A stretch of DNA of 62,176 bases, filler included. It is 7 parts of 7 records of this genome, joined end to end, with 100 filler letters (N's around TTAATTAATTAA, not from the genome) between each part and the next. Parts side by side here need not be neighbours in the genome. Positions count along the whole stretch, not along the records: positions 13,422 to 20,141 come from SRR31156797_25732; positions 20,242 to 39,682 come from SRR31156797_25737; 5 more parts are not named here. The stretch is one strand, 5' to 3'. Made by a program: the position numbers and the translations under genes. How positions within the stretch are numbered: position 1 is the first letter of the stretch; the number at the start of each line of letters is the position of its first letter. The notes beneath the pieces are model-generated. The model did no database searches. It worked only from the letters and a program-made list of their open reading frames with translations, and was not told the origin of the DNA. Shown piece after piece: positions 18,520-29,441 of this stretch.

Positions 18520-19371
18520 ATGGACTTTATTAAAACAAAAAAAAATCCGGAAAAGAAGAAGGTGCGATCCCATGCAATCCGCAACCGGCGGAAAACTTCA
18601 GGGCTTCCCGTTTCAGACATCATCCGGGGCGTCGGTTCGGGAATGCTGAAGGTCTTTGGTTTCCTGTCGGTTTTGTCCGTGATCAGCTTGACCTTCGTCA
18701 TGCTTTACAACTACCTGCTCGCCTCTCCCTATATGAAACTGGAGAATGTGGAGATTCACGGGGTTGACGAAGACCTGAAAAATGAACTGCTTCAAATGTG
18801 CGGGCTGACTTCGGAACAGGGATTGCTGGGTCTCAACCTCGAATCCTTGAGAAAGAAAATAGAAAAACATCCATGGATCAGGACTGCAACCGTGGAAAGA
18901 AGATTTCCTCATACCTTGATCGTGCAAGTGGAAAAAGAGGATCCGGTGATGTTGGTCTTGCTGGATCAACTGCATTACATGAACGGACAAGGCCGGCTGT
19001 TTAAACCGGTCCAGCCGACCGAGGAAATGGATTTCCCCATCCTGACGGGTCTTTCAGGAACGGAAACCGGCCAAAGAGAAAAACTGGCTCGAACCGTACA
19101 TGTGCTAAACGCGCTGAAGACGGAAGAGGACCCTTGGTCCCTTCAAAATCTGTCCGAAATACATCTGAATAAAAATGGTGAAATATCTTTATATTTTAAC
19201 CATATCCGGGCCGCCATCAACATTTCCTGGCAAAACCCGGGCCGCCATATGGAAGGGCTGAAACAGGTAACGAAACATTTAAGCAAATCGGGAAAAATCA
19301 ACCGTGTAACCCGGATTGATCTGAACCATGTGGATGGCGCGGTTGTCTCTTTTAAAAGTAATCAGGTTTGA
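18520..19371 (+). CDS. ftsQ: Cell division protein FtsQ/DivIB
   Basis: Single TM helix, POTRA motif HPWIRTATVERRFPHTL; between murB and ftsA. Confidence 0.9.
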   Translation: MDFIKTKKNPEKKKVRSHAIRNRRKTSGLPVSDIIRGVGSGMLKVFGFLSVLSVISLTFVMLYNYLLASPYMKLENVEIHGVDEDLKNELLQMCGLTSEQGLLGLNLESLRKKIEKHPWIRTATVERRFPHTLIVQVEKEDPVMLVLLDQLHYMNGQGRLFKPVQPTEEMDFPILTGLSGTETGQREKLARTVHVLNALKTEEDPWSLQNLSEIHLNKNGEISLYFNHIRAAINISWQNPGRHMEGLKQVTKHLSKSGKINRVTRIDLNHVDGAVVSFKSNQV

Positions 19372-19395
19372 ACAGGCGGGATGAGGTAATTTTTT

Positions 19396-20141
19396 ATGGG
19401 CATGGACATTATCGTTGGCCTGGATATCGGAACCACCAAAATCTGTGCGGTGGTGGGGGAAGTTCGTCCTGATGGTTTGGAAATCATCGGGATGGGAAGT
19501 CATCCCTCTGATGGCCTCAGAAAGGGTGTGGTCATCAACATTGAAAACACCGTGAATTCAATCAAGGCGGCCATAGAAGAAGCGGAAACAATGGCCGGCT
19601 GTGAAATCGGATCCGTATATGCCGGAATTGCAGGCGGCCATATCGAAGGGGTTAACAAGCCGGGCGTCATTGCACTTAAAGAGAAAGAGGTCACGAAAAA
19701 GGACATAGAGCGGGTCATCGAAACGGCAAGCGCGGTGGCGGTTCCCATGGACCGCGAAGTTATCCATACGCTGGTTCAGGAATTTATTGTTGACGACCAG
19801 GACGGTATCGTAGACCCCTTGGGCATGTCGGGCGTCCGCCTGGAAGCAAAGGTCCACATCGTTACCGGTGCGGTAACCTCTGCACAGAATATCATCAAAT
19901 GCGCCAACAGGGCCGGATTGGACGTATATGACATTGTTCTGGAATCCCTGGCATCAAGCGAAGCGGTTCTTTCAAAAGAAGAATGTAATCTGGGCGCGGC
20001 TCTGATCGATTTCGGGGGTGGAACTACCGATCTGGCCCTGTTTTCCAAAGGCGCCATCAAGCACACATCGGTTCTGGCGCTGGGTGGGGACAACCTGACC
20101 TACGATATCGCCGTGGGGCTCAGAACCCCCAAACTGGAAGC
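19396..20141 (+). CDS. ftsA: Cell division protein FtsA (3'-truncated)
   Basis: VGLDIGTTKIC, GLRKGVVINI, PLGMSGVRLEA, IDFGGGTTD. Confidence 0.96.
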
Positions 20142-20241
20142 NNNNNNNNNNNNNNNNNNNNNNNNNNNNNNNNNNNNNNNNNNNNTTAATTAATTAANNN
20201 NNNNNNNNNNNNNNNNNNNNNNNNNNNNNNNNNNNNNNNNN
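20142..20241. other. Artificial contig spacer
   Basis: N-run/TTAATTAATTAA/N-run. Confidence 0.98.
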
Positions 20242-20262
20242 TTCAAATTGAGCTAATTAAGC

Positions 20263-20279
20263 ACTTTTGAGGCAGCCCC
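20263..20279 (+). mobile_element. Possible IS1182-like right inverted repeat at contig start
   Basis: ACTTTTGAGGCAGCCCC resembles (from memory) ACTTTTGAGACAGCC IS ends. It sits at a contig break and no transposase is present. Confidence 0.35.
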
Positions 20280-20500
20280 TTCATCATACATATCACCAGA
20301 ATTATCAATTCAAACTAATTATTCCTCATAATTTTTGCATATCTACCTTTACATTAACGATTTAATAACTTTAACAGGAGTATTATTTTTGTAGATTTGA
20401 AGATATTAATGTCTTTTTTTCTCTTTTACAAGACATACGGCCCTCTTAAACACAGGTTGCTGAGCCTATAGAAATTGCAACCCTTTTAAAAACAAACGAC

Positions 20501-23500
20501 ATGAATTACTACTACTTACAAAAATTCATCAAATTTTATTTATTCATTCTAATAATCGGACCTTTCTTTATTCAATCTACTTCTGCGCAAAACTGCGGGA
20601 TAACCGGAGATATTGATGTTTGCGAAAATGAAGTAGTTGATTATAATGCAGGTATAACCGGTGAAACTTACCAGTGGAATGCCTATAATGGGATTGTTTC
20701 TGGTACGGGCCCCTCTGTAAATGTTAGTTGGAATACACCCGGAACAGGTGAACTTACCCTGGTTGTTAAAGACAGCTTAAACCAGGTAATATGCACAGAA
20801 TCTGTTAATATTAACATACATGCACTACCTACTCCTACAATCCAGCCATCATTTGAAGTTGGTTGTGGTAGTGTAAAAGAAGGAGACGAGCCAAATGGCG
20901 ATGGAGAAGATCGGAATCCATGTTTCTCCGTCTGCGACTCCACATGGATAACTTATTCCACGGCATACCATAGCGGAAGTTCTTACTCCTGGTCTGTATC
21001 AGGAAATGCAATTGTGGATTCTACCATTCCTCATCAGATTAATGTGTTTTGGACCGGTGCTGGAACAGGATTAGTTGAAGTTACCGAAACTGATGCCCAT
21101 GGTTGTGTTGGAACAGATGAAATTTGCATAGAGATTTTACCAAAACCAATAGCTGATATTAACTCGATGCCATCAGTCAGTGGTGGTATTATCAATGCCT
21201 GTTTAGAACAATCAATTCAATTTATTAATAATTCCAGTGCAGGAGCAGGAAGCCCACTATGGACTTATACCTGGGTTTGGGATGATGGAAATACCGAAGT
21301 GATTAACGCTTCTGATGGTAATGGAAATACAACTTATGCATACAACAGCCCCGGAACCTATGATGTGATGCTGATTGTAGAAAATGAATGTCACTGTAAA
21401 GATACGGCATATATAACTGTTAATGTGTCCAGCGACCCCGGTCTTAAAATCGAATGTATTAGTACTGTTTGTCCGGGAAGTACAGTGACTTACTCCACTG
21501 ATACAACCTGTACTGACTACCTTTGGTCGGCAACTAACGGTACCATTGTTGGAGACTCTACAAACAGCGAAGTAACGGTAACCTGGGGAAGTATGAATCC
21601 AGCTTATTTAACTGTCTCCACACCTGGCTGTAGCGGTATTTGCTCTACGCCTACCTCTGTGGAAATTCCTGTTATCTCGCCTTCAGCAAGCATTCATGGC
21701 GAAGAATTGGTTTGCCAATATGCTTGTGAAACTTATACATTAGATTGCAACATTCCTGTGGACAGTATAATCTGGCATTTTCCACCAGGAGTAACAGTAC
21801 AATCAGACACCATTAACGAACACGAAGTAGAGGTCTGCTTTTATGATCCGAATTTCACAGGCGGGCAAATTGAAGTGGAATATTACCACCACACGCCCGG
21901 TAGTCTAAGTGAACTTTCATGCGGTGGCACTGCTATACTGGACATAGAAGTTCGTCCACGGTTGTACCTTTCAAATCCTGAAGAAATTTGTGATTCATCC
22001 ATGCTAACGGTGAGTTTCAACTATGCAACTTCAGGTGATATGGAATGGACCATCACTGATGCTGTTGGAAATACAAATTATTTAACGCAAATTCAAGGTG
22101 CCACAGATCCTTTAGAGATACCATGGGACTACGGCCCAGGAATTTTTGAAATAACAGCTACTGATTTAAGCGATAACTATTGTGACGCACCAAAGAGTTT
22201 TATCCTTAAAGTCAATGAATTACCGGCACCTCCTGACAGTATTTTCGGACCAGACCCAATTTGTCCGGGCGTGCCCTATCAGTATTTTGCCGTTTCAACT
22301 GGAGCCAACTATAGCGTTAACTGGGAATTTGAAAACGGAAACCCGTCCCCAAATGCAGGGCAGACAGCTTCAGTAATTTGGGATAATTCAGGACCTTACG
22401 TTATTTCGGTTTATCAAATAAACTCTGCTACAGGTTGTAAATCTACAATGCTAAGAGATACTGTAGAATCACATCTCCCATTGGCCGATTCAGAGATATT
22501 CGGGAATGATACCGTTTGCGCCAATGGACAGCAGGATTATTACACCACCTCACCAGGCGATGACTTTGTTTGGTCCATCAGCCCTGAAATCGCTGGTAGT
22601 GTAGTATCAGGACAGCATGAACAGGATATCACTGTGGAATGGAACAATTACAACGGATTGGCCACACTTACTTTAGAACGCACCATATGCAATCAAACTG
22701 TAACGACAGACTATGAAGTTGAAGTAATTGCACCACCAACTCCGGGTATCAACGTACCAGTTGAGGCTTGTCAGGGAGCGCCTGTAATAATGACAGCTTC
22801 AGGAACAAGCGCAATCTTTACATGGGATTTTGGTGATGGAACTACAGCTACCGGAGCTACGGTAACGCATGTATTCCAATCGGCTGGGAATCAGATTGTG
22901 ACAGTTGAGGCAAACTATTCAGGTTTTTGTACAAGTTCTGCATCGGCATCAGCAACAATTATGATTAACCCCAAACCGAACATTACCATTTCCACACCCG
23001 ATCCTAATGTTTTTTGTGGTACAGTACAACCGGTTAACATGTATGTAGCATCGCCCGTTACAGGCACATCGTATGACTGGTATTCTACCGGATCAGGTTC
23101 ATTACTGGGATCAGGAACAAGTTACACCACAAGTAACATTGATGGCTACTTCGTAGTAGGACAAAACAGTTTTGGTTGTTACGATACAAGTAACATCATT
23201 CCTATTGACACCAGTTGTATTGATTGTACACCACGTGATGGTTCATTTGTTGAATTTACGCGCACCCGAATTGGTTGTAATACAGACGAATTTGTTGGTA
23301 ACTATTCTTCATACGCCACAAATCCTGTGTATGATTTTGATGACCCGTTCAGCGGAAGTAATTTTGTTGCAGGACAAAATGCAACCCATACATTTACAGA
23401 ACCCGGATATTACAGGGTCAAACTATGTGTAAGAGTTCCGAACCAGGATGGTACCGACTCATGTACAATATGTTATACTGAAGTTGATACAATTAATTAC

Positions 23501-25807
23501 ATACCAGATTTTATTGATTCGATATACTGTACTAATGGTTCCGGAAATATTTCAGTGAAACTAATCAATAACACTAAAATATTAAGTACTGCTCCGGCAC
23601 CAACATATGAATGGTTTATCAATTCAGGTGGTGTGGTAAGTACAAACGCAAACCCCACCTTTAATCTGGCTCCTGGAACGTACGATATTACATTATTGGT
23701 AAATGGCGTTTGTGAAATTACCAAAACAATTGTTATTGACGATCTGCCCAATGCGAATATTGTAGCTATGGATTCAGTCTGCGTAAATGCACCTATTGCC
23801 TTTACCAACATGAGTTCAGGAACTATTAGCTCCTACGAATGGGATTTCGGAGATGGTGCCACATCATTAATTAACAATCCGGTAAAAACTTATTCATCAG
23901 CAGGAGATTATGAGGTTTCCCTAAAATTAATCAACAGTTATGGCTGCATGGACTCATCCACAACTACAGTAAGTTTATTACCCAATACGCTGGATGCAAC
24001 TATTTCAGCCTTATCTGACACGGTATTTTGTGCAGGCGACAGCGTTGCCTTACAAAGCATGATAAATAACGGTTACCCGGGTTACAATTACTTGTGGTCA
24101 ACCGTTGAAACCACCCCTGACATCCAGGCACATTACACCGGAACGTATTATCTTGAAGTAACTGACAGTCTTAACTGCTACAATCGAAGTAATAGCATCA
24201 ATGTATTAGTTAATCCAGTGCCTCAACCATTTATTGATGGTGATGAAATTTTATGTTTCCAGGAACAGGAAACTTATTCTGTAAATTACCCGAACAGTGG
24301 TTTTACCTATGAGTGGATATTAAATGGTACAGTGATGTGGCCCGATGAAAACACATATTCCTTTTATGGAAATATTATGGGGACAAATACCCTTATCGTA
24401 AATGTGATGAGCGATAATTCATGTGTGGGTTCCGACACAATTAACATTGAAGTTGTACCTAACCCAAGTGTGACCATTAACACCTCAGGTACAATGTGTG
24501 AGGGTGAAGAACATTTGCTTATTGGTACAAGTAACAGTACAAATATTACACACAGCTTTTGGAACAATGGTAGCACAAACGACAGTATTTGGGCCTCAGC
24601 TGCCGGTAGTTATACTTTCACTGTTGTAGATTCTCTTGGTTGTAAATCAGATGCAACAAGATTCATTCATCCATTACCAGATTTCTGTGGGTTAATGACA
24701 GGATGCTACGAAATATGTGATACCGTTCCAAAACTAGTATGGCATGCACCACAAGGATATGCGTCATACCAATGGTTGTACGAAGGCAATCCTATTCCTG
24801 GTAGCATATACGATACATTGAACGTTCCTTTATATCAGTCTGGAAATTACCAGGTTGTAATAAAAACTGCAATGGGTTGTGCAGACACTTCAGATTTTAT
24901 AAAAATCAACTTTGCGCCTTGCAGCGACACTTGCGAAGTAAACGCCACCTATACTATTGATTGTGGTCCGGTAGATGCTAACGGAAATCAAACTTATAAT
25001 GTTGATTTTACTATTGATAATGGATTTGGACCGGGAGCCCTTGTAAACATTTACAGTTCGCAAGGAACGATTACAGGTATTAGTCCGTCGGTTATTCCAT
25101 TAGGTACCAGTACTGTATCAGCTACATTTACAGATATGGCACCTGCTGATTCCACTGTTTGTTTTACTGTAATGCTAACCTATGAAAACGATCGCTGTGG
25201 TACAGAAGAACTATGCAGTGATCTGCCTGATTGCAGCAGCAATTGTGAATTCCCGATATATAGCAGCTGTGCCCATTGTGAATACGAAACTGAAGAAGGA
25301 TGGCAATATACGCTTGATATTACGGTAGATAATATTTATGGTGCCAATGGTAACTTATCTGTAACCTCTGTTTCAGGTGGAACATTTGGAGCCATAACTC
25401 CTAATCCGGTTCCACCAGGATTAACTACCATCAGTATTCCATTCTTTGACGTATTCCCGCATGATAGTATTATTTGCTTCACCCTGCTTATGGAAGTAAA
25501 CGACAGGGTATGTGAACACGATATATGTATTTATTTGCCAAATTGTGAATTTACGGGATTCAACACCACCAATGGAGCTGAATTTAGTGTAGTACCTAAT
25601 CCGGCAAGGGACATAATAACCGTGGAAGGACACTTTAAAACAGATGCTACATTGAGCATATTTAGCATTTCAGGTGAAGTATTTGAAGTCATAAAAGTAA
25701 ATAGTGATAAATTAACTATACCGATAAATCAGCTCAGAGCTGGTATGTACTTCATAAAGGTAGTGCAATCGGATGGCGTAAAACAACAGCTATTTATTAA
25801 AAAATAA
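20501..25807 (+). CDS. Large Cys-rich PKD/Ig-repeat surface protein with T9SS C-terminal domain
   Basis: Signal peptide; WDFGDG PKD motifs; many Cys-containing Ig-like repeats; C-terminal VVPNPARD...LRAGMYFIKV...FIKK. Confidence 0.9.
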   Translation: MNYYYLQKFIKFYLFILIIGPFFIQSTSAQNCGITGDIDVCENEVVDYNAGITGETYQWNAYNGIVSGTGPSVNVSWNTPGTGELTLVVKDSLNQVICTESVNINIHALPTPTIQPSFEVGCGSVKEGDEPNGDGEDRNPCFSVCDSTWITYSTAYHSGSSYSWSVSGNAIVDSTIPHQINVFWTGAGTGLVEVTETDAHGCVGTDEICIEILPKPIADINSMPSVSGGIINACLEQSIQFINNSSAGAGSPLWTYTWVWDDGNTEVINASDGNGNTTYAYNSPGTYDVMLIVENECHCKDTAYITVNVSSDPGLKIECISTVCPGSTVTYSTDTTCTDYLWSATNGTIVGDSTNSEVTVTWGSMNPAYLTVSTPGCSGICSTPTSVEIPVISPSASIHGEELVCQYACETYTLDCNIPVDSIIWHFPPGVTVQSDTINEHEVEVCFYDPNFTGGQIEVEYYHHTPGSLSELSCGGTAILDIEVRPRLYLSNPEEICDSSMLTVSFNYATSGDMEWTITDAVGNTNYLTQIQGATDPLEIPWDYGPGIFEITATDLSDNYCDAPKSFILKVNELPAPPDSIFGPDPICPGVPYQYFAVSTGANYSVNWEFENGNPSPNAGQTASVIWDNSGPYVISVYQINSATGCKSTMLRDTVESHLPLADSEIFGNDTVCANGQQDYYTTSPGDDFVWSISPEIAGSVVSGQHEQDITVEWNNYNGLATLTLERTICNQTVTTDYEVEVIAPPTPGINVPVEACQGAPVIMTASGTSAIFTWDFGDGTTATGATVTHVFQSAGNQIVTVEANYSGFCTSSASASATIMINPKPNITISTPDPNVFCGTVQPVNMYVASPVTGTSYDWYSTGSGSLLGSGTSYTTSNIDGYFVVGQNSFGCYDTSNIIPIDTSCIDCTPRDGSFVEFTRTRIGCNTDEFVGNYSSYATNPVYDFDDPFSGSNFVAGQNATHTFTEPGYYRVKLCVRVPNQDGTDSCTICYTEVDTINYIPDFIDSIYCTNGSGNISVKLINNTKILSTAPAPTYEWFINSGGVVSTNANPTFNLAPGTYDITLLVNGVCEITKTIVIDDLPNANIVAMDSVCVNAPIAFTNMSSGTISSYEWDFGDGATSLINNPVKTYSSAGDYEVSLKLINSYGCMDSSTTTVSLLPNTLDATISALSDTVFCAGDSVALQSMINNGYPGYNYLWSTVETTPDIQAHYTGTYYLEVTDSLNCYNRSNSINVLVNPVPQPFIDGDEILCFQEQETYSVNYPNSGFTYEWILNGTVMWPDENTYSFYGNIMGTNTLIVNVMSDNSCVGSDTINIEVVPNPSVTINTSGTMCEGEEHLLIGTSNSTNITHSFWNNGSTNDSIWASAAGSYTFTVVDSLGCKSDATRFIHPLPDFCGLMTGCYEICDTVPKLVWHAPQGYASYQWLYEGNPIPGSIYDTLNVPLYQSGNYQVVIKTAMGCADTSDFIKINFAPCSDTCEVNATYTIDCGPVDANGNQTYNVDFTIDNGFGPGALVNIYSSQGTITGISPSVIPLGTSTVSATFTDMAPADSTVCFTVMLTYENDRCGTEELCSDLPDCSSNCEFPIYSSCAHCEYETEEGWQYTLDITVDNIYGANGNLSVTSVSGGTFGAITPNPVPPGLTTISIPFFDVFPHDSIICFTLLMEVNDRVCEHDICIYLPNCEFTGFNTTNGAEFSVVPNPARDIITVEGHFKTDATLSIFSISGEVFEVIKVNSDKLTIPINQLRAGMYFIKVVQSDGVKQQLFIKK

Positions 25808-25835
25808 GTAAACTTTCATTCATGCTATTTTTTTC

Positions 25836-25871
25836 AACCATCCGCTATACAAAGCTGTATAGTGGATGGTT
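25836..25871. terminator. Intrinsic terminator between convergent genes
   Basis: AACCATCCGCTATAC-aaagct-GTATAGTGGATGGTT stem. Confidence 0.75.
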
Positions 25872-25950
25872 TCTTTAAAAGAAAGAATATCGCTAATAAT
25901 CAAGTACAATAAAAAGTTTTATCATTTATAATTAGAGCTTATTTGGAGCA

Positions 25951-27306
25951 CTATTCTATCTTTCCAATTAAATCAGGAAGATAACGACGAAACACTTTGT
26001 CGAAAAAAGCATTTTGGGCATTTTCATTGGCAAGATTTGTATTTTCACCGACTCCTCTCTCGGCAGATATTATCTTATGATCAATTACTTCACCGTCTAT
26101 AAGCTTTATTTTTAAGTTCCCTTCACAATATACTGAAATAAGACCTCCAGCCTGATCTCCGGGCTTAAAACGATAATCCACTTCAACTGAAAAATCAGCT
26201 GTTTTGAAGTTTTCGGTAAAAACTAAATTTTGCTTTTGCAGCAATTCTTTAAATCGATGTAGAAATTCTGTATTGGGCTTTTCCATGCTTAATGCTACAC
26301 ACGGGGAAAGTGTTTTAATATTAACTTTTGTTTGTGGCATCGATATTGGGTCTAACAATCGTCTTATACTCAGATCAGTTGTAGCATTTTGAACCATTTT
26401 GGGCCAATGCAGCTGAGCAGTAAGTACATTTGTTTGTGTTTTTGGCGATGTCGAACTAATGAAACATTCCACACGAGCACTTTTAGAAGCATATACTATA
26501 TCTCGTTTTAAATAGCCTCCTGTATAATGAAATATAACTGGCACACCTCCAAGCAGTTGATCTTCATAAGTAACAATAAAATTTAAAGGGTGCTCATCTA
26601 TTTTATGTCGTTTCACCACCAAATCTTTTTGTATCGCTTCAATTTGTATTTTATTCCTGATATGCTCGATTTTGGCTAATAAATAACTTCCTAATTCAAT
26701 TTGCTGCCCTTCAATCTCTGCCATACATGATTCACCAAGATATTGTTTCAAAATGGAAATTGCCTGAAAATAACCTTTCAAAGCTCCCAGCACATTACCC
26801 TCTTTCTCATATTTGTATGCTTCTTTTTGCTTATCAATCGCTGTTTGTAAGGCTTTCTGTTTTCGTTCAGCTTTTTTTCTCTGGTAAGTCTGTTTATCAA
26901 TACTATAATATACCCAGTAACGGTCATCAGTTTCATAAATATCCGCTGGTTCGAATCCTTCTAAATACTCATTGGTTTCAACTTTTATTTGTTGGTTAAA
27001 TGCTTCAGTTCCACCATAAGAATTCTCAATCTTATGTAAAACTGAAGTAGAACTAACAGTGGATGAAATACCTGATGCCAAATCGTTCAATGCCCGATTT
27101 CGTGCTTTAGCACTATACTCTGTAACGATACCAATTTTCATTACTGTACCTACACCCACATAATGCCCAGGGACAATAGGCTTTTGTTTTACCCATGCCG
27201 GAGCCTCCGGTATCTCTTTAACCACTTTTTTGCTCGTACCACATGAATTTAAAACAAATAAAATAGTCAATCCAAATAACAAGATTATTGAAACCGATTT
27301 TCTCAT
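25951..27306 (-). CDS. LPP20-family lipoprotein
   Basis: Lipobox LNSC; APAWV...YVGVG...ARNRALNDLASGIS motif. Confidence 0.75.
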   Translation of the reverse strand: MRKSVSIILLFGLTILFVLNSCGTSKKVVKEIPEAPAWVKQKPIVPGHYVGVGTVMKIGIVTEYSAKARNRALNDLASGISSTVSSTSVLHKIENSYGGTEAFNQQIKVETNEYLEGFEPADIYETDDRYWVYYSIDKQTYQRKKAERKQKALQTAIDKQKEAYKYEKEGNVLGALKGYFQAISILKQYLGESCMAEIEGQQIELGSYLLAKIEHIRNKIQIEAIQKDLVVKRHKIDEHPLNFIVTYEDQLLGGVPVIFHYTGGYLKRDIVYASKSARVECFISSTSPKTQTNVLTAQLHWPKMVQNATTDLSIRRLLDPISMPQTKVNIKTLSPCVALSMEKPNTEFLHRFKELLQKQNLVFTENFKTADFSVEVDYRFKPGDQAGGLISVYCEGNLKIKLIDGEVIDHKIISAERGVGENTNLANENAQNAFFDKVFRRYLPDLIGKIE

Positions 27307-27315
27307 ATTACTAAT

Positions 27316-28680
27316 TTACTTTTCAGGATTGTAAGTATTTACTGCAGATGCAAGCTCAGCAACGACATTCTTAATAGCAGTTTCCAATAAATAATCAACT
27401 TTAGTTATTTGATCTGATGCATCCATTATTTTTCTTAATTGTTTAATGCGATGGTCATTATCATAAATAACATCCTCATCACTATCATCTTGTTTTGATT
27501 TCCAATAACCCGGAACCAACTTTTTTATATCTCCCTGAAAACGGCCAAATTCTACAGCATCAATTCGTGTATCTTTAATATCATCTGTAATCATTATGCT
27601 TCCTGAAGCCGTAGACAACATTTTATAAGATAGCTTTACTGAAGCACTATTGGTTTTACTATACACTTTGTATGTAGTTTTATTATAAGTTACACTCTTA
27701 CGCTCAATACCATCATTATCTTTATAAGTGTGTTCTTCTTTAATGTAACCTCTTTCAACACTAACATTTGTCTTACCTTCATTTTTCTTAATACCATATA
27801 CTTTCAACTCTAAAACTGCCTCAACACCAGCCAAATTAAGTGCTGTCAAATTATAAGAACCATCATTGTTAACAATGGTATTAAGGCTAAAGGCTGATTT
27901 ATCTACGATATTAATAAAAGGATTTTGTTGATCAGAAATTGCATTAATAATAGCCGATAGCGACACTGGATTATCACCTTTGTTAGCTACATCTTTTATC
28001 TCAAAGTTGGGAATCAATATGTCGATTGTTCCTTTTTCAAGAGCTTCTTGTTTTAAAGTGGCTGCATCTTTATAACCACCTGTTTGTTGAACTATTTGCC
28101 CAAAAAGATAGAATGCAGAACGGTATTGACCTTCATCAAAATAGCTGTTTGCTTTACGATATTTTGGCTCATAAACAGCTGTTTCAAGTTTGCTACGTGC
28201 ATCTTTATAATTGGGTGAAATACGGACAAGTTCTTTAAAAATTGTCTCAGCTTTTTCGAATTCTTCTCTGCTTAGTTGCTCTGAACCTTCAATATATTTA
28301 TCTGCAATAAAAATATCTTTTACTTCATTGAAATAAACATCGTAACGATCAGGAAAAGAAAGATCAACGTCAACTCCTGCCACCTTATCATAATAATTTT
28401 TTGCTGCTTCATAACTATATACAGCTTCCTGTGTTTCATTTTGTTGGTAATCTTTTTCAAACTCTGCCAATAAATCATTTAAAACCAATTGGCCGTTTTT
28501 TTGAAGCCCAAGCTTTGTTTCAACCTTGTTGCGTTTGCGTTTGACCGATTCATAATAAAATTCTGCAGCGTCCTTATATAAACCAGCCTCATCAAATTTT
28601 TCAGCTTTTTTTGCGTATCTATAAGCTGCACAACCTGACATAATTATTAATGATAAAAACAAAATGGATAATCGCATCAT
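27316..28680 (-). CDS. TPR-containing lipoprotein
   Basis: Lipobox MSGC; TPR-like helices (AETIFKELVRISPNYKDA; YKDA repeats). Confidence 0.75.
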   Translation of the reverse strand: MMRLSILFLSLIIMSGCAAYRYAKKAEKFDEAGLYKDAAEFYYESVKRKRNKVETKLGLQKNGQLVLNDLLAEFEKDYQQNETQEAVYSYEAAKNYYDKVAGVDVDLSFPDRYDVYFNEVKDIFIADKYIEGSEQLSREEFEKAETIFKELVRISPNYKDARSKLETAVYEPKYRKANSYFDEGQYRSAFYLFGQIVQQTGGYKDAATLKQEALEKGTIDILIPNFEIKDVANKGDNPVSLSAIINAISDQQNPFINIVDKSAFSLNTIVNNDGSYNLTALNLAGVEAVLELKVYGIKKNEGKTNVSVERGYIKEEHTYKDNDGIERKSVTYNKTTYKVYSKTNSASVKLSYKMLSTASGSIMITDDIKDTRIDAVEFGRFQGDIKKLVPGYWKSKQDDSDEDVIYDNDHRIKQLRKIMDASDQITKVDYLLETAIKNVVAELASAVNTYNPEK

Positions 28681-28755
28681 ACTAAAATTAAATAGTTTGG
28701 TGGCAAATATACGAATTTCATAAGGAGGTGTGCAGGTAAAGCTGCCTAATTGGTT

Positions 28756-29373
28756 TTACTTATTCATAATTACGAAATAATCCCAATCAGCAGGGTTACC
28801 ATAACCCACCGATGGTGTATAAATGAAAAAACCGATCTTTTTTCCTGAAGTCATATAATCTTGTACAACATCTAGATGTTGAATACCATTCCATACGCTA
28901 TCATATGCTACAGTATTAATGCCGGATCCATTTGGAATATACTGAAACATTGAATTATCAGGCTTTTCAATTGGTGTTTCTAACTGATTATAACCAGAAG
29001 CCGGATCAAAATTTTGTGGAAATGATATTTCTCCTAATCCCATCCAAATTATTTCGCCACTAAAGATCATTTCATTAGTAGGTTTGTAAGACAAAGTTAC
29101 ATCTCCAAAATCACCTGGAGCATTATAATCTGTAACAATTGGAATTGTATCAGCACTAGAAATATCTGCAGATATTGGAATTTCCTTACCTCCTTCAAAT
29201 GTATAAGTGGTATAATCAACTTTTAACAATAAAATTTGCGATGATTCATTTGAATCTTCACATCCAATTAGCAATAATAAAAGGAAAAATGGAATAATGA
29301 TTTTCATTGGCATATATTTAGTAAAAAAGATATTATTTCTCGTATTATCAGAAACAACAATATAAAATATCAT
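28756..29373 (-). CDS. Hypothetical lipoprotein
   Basis: Lipobox LIGC (true start probably MPMKII); LLKVDYTTYTFEGG...YTPSVGYGNPADWD. Confidence 0.7.
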   Translation of the reverse strand: MIFYIVVSDNTRNNIFFTKYMPMKIIIPFFLLLLLIGCEDSNESSQILLLKVDYTTYTFEGGKEIPISADISSADTIPIVTDYNAPGDFGDVTLSYKPTNEMIFSGEIIWMGLGEISFPQNFDPASGYNQLETPIEKPDNSMFQYIPNGSGINTVAYDSVWNGIQHLDVVQDYMTSGKKIGFFIYTPSVGYGNPADWDYFVIMNK

Positions 29374-29441
29374 TGATAATTTTTAGTCTATAGATAAAAC
29401 CAACATTCCTCGACGTCGACTTTTTATAAACGACTATCCCA

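Noticed and set aside
18467-18520. Absence of ddl between murB and ftsQ
   Set aside because: A known, ordinary dcw arrangement in many deltaproteobacteria.
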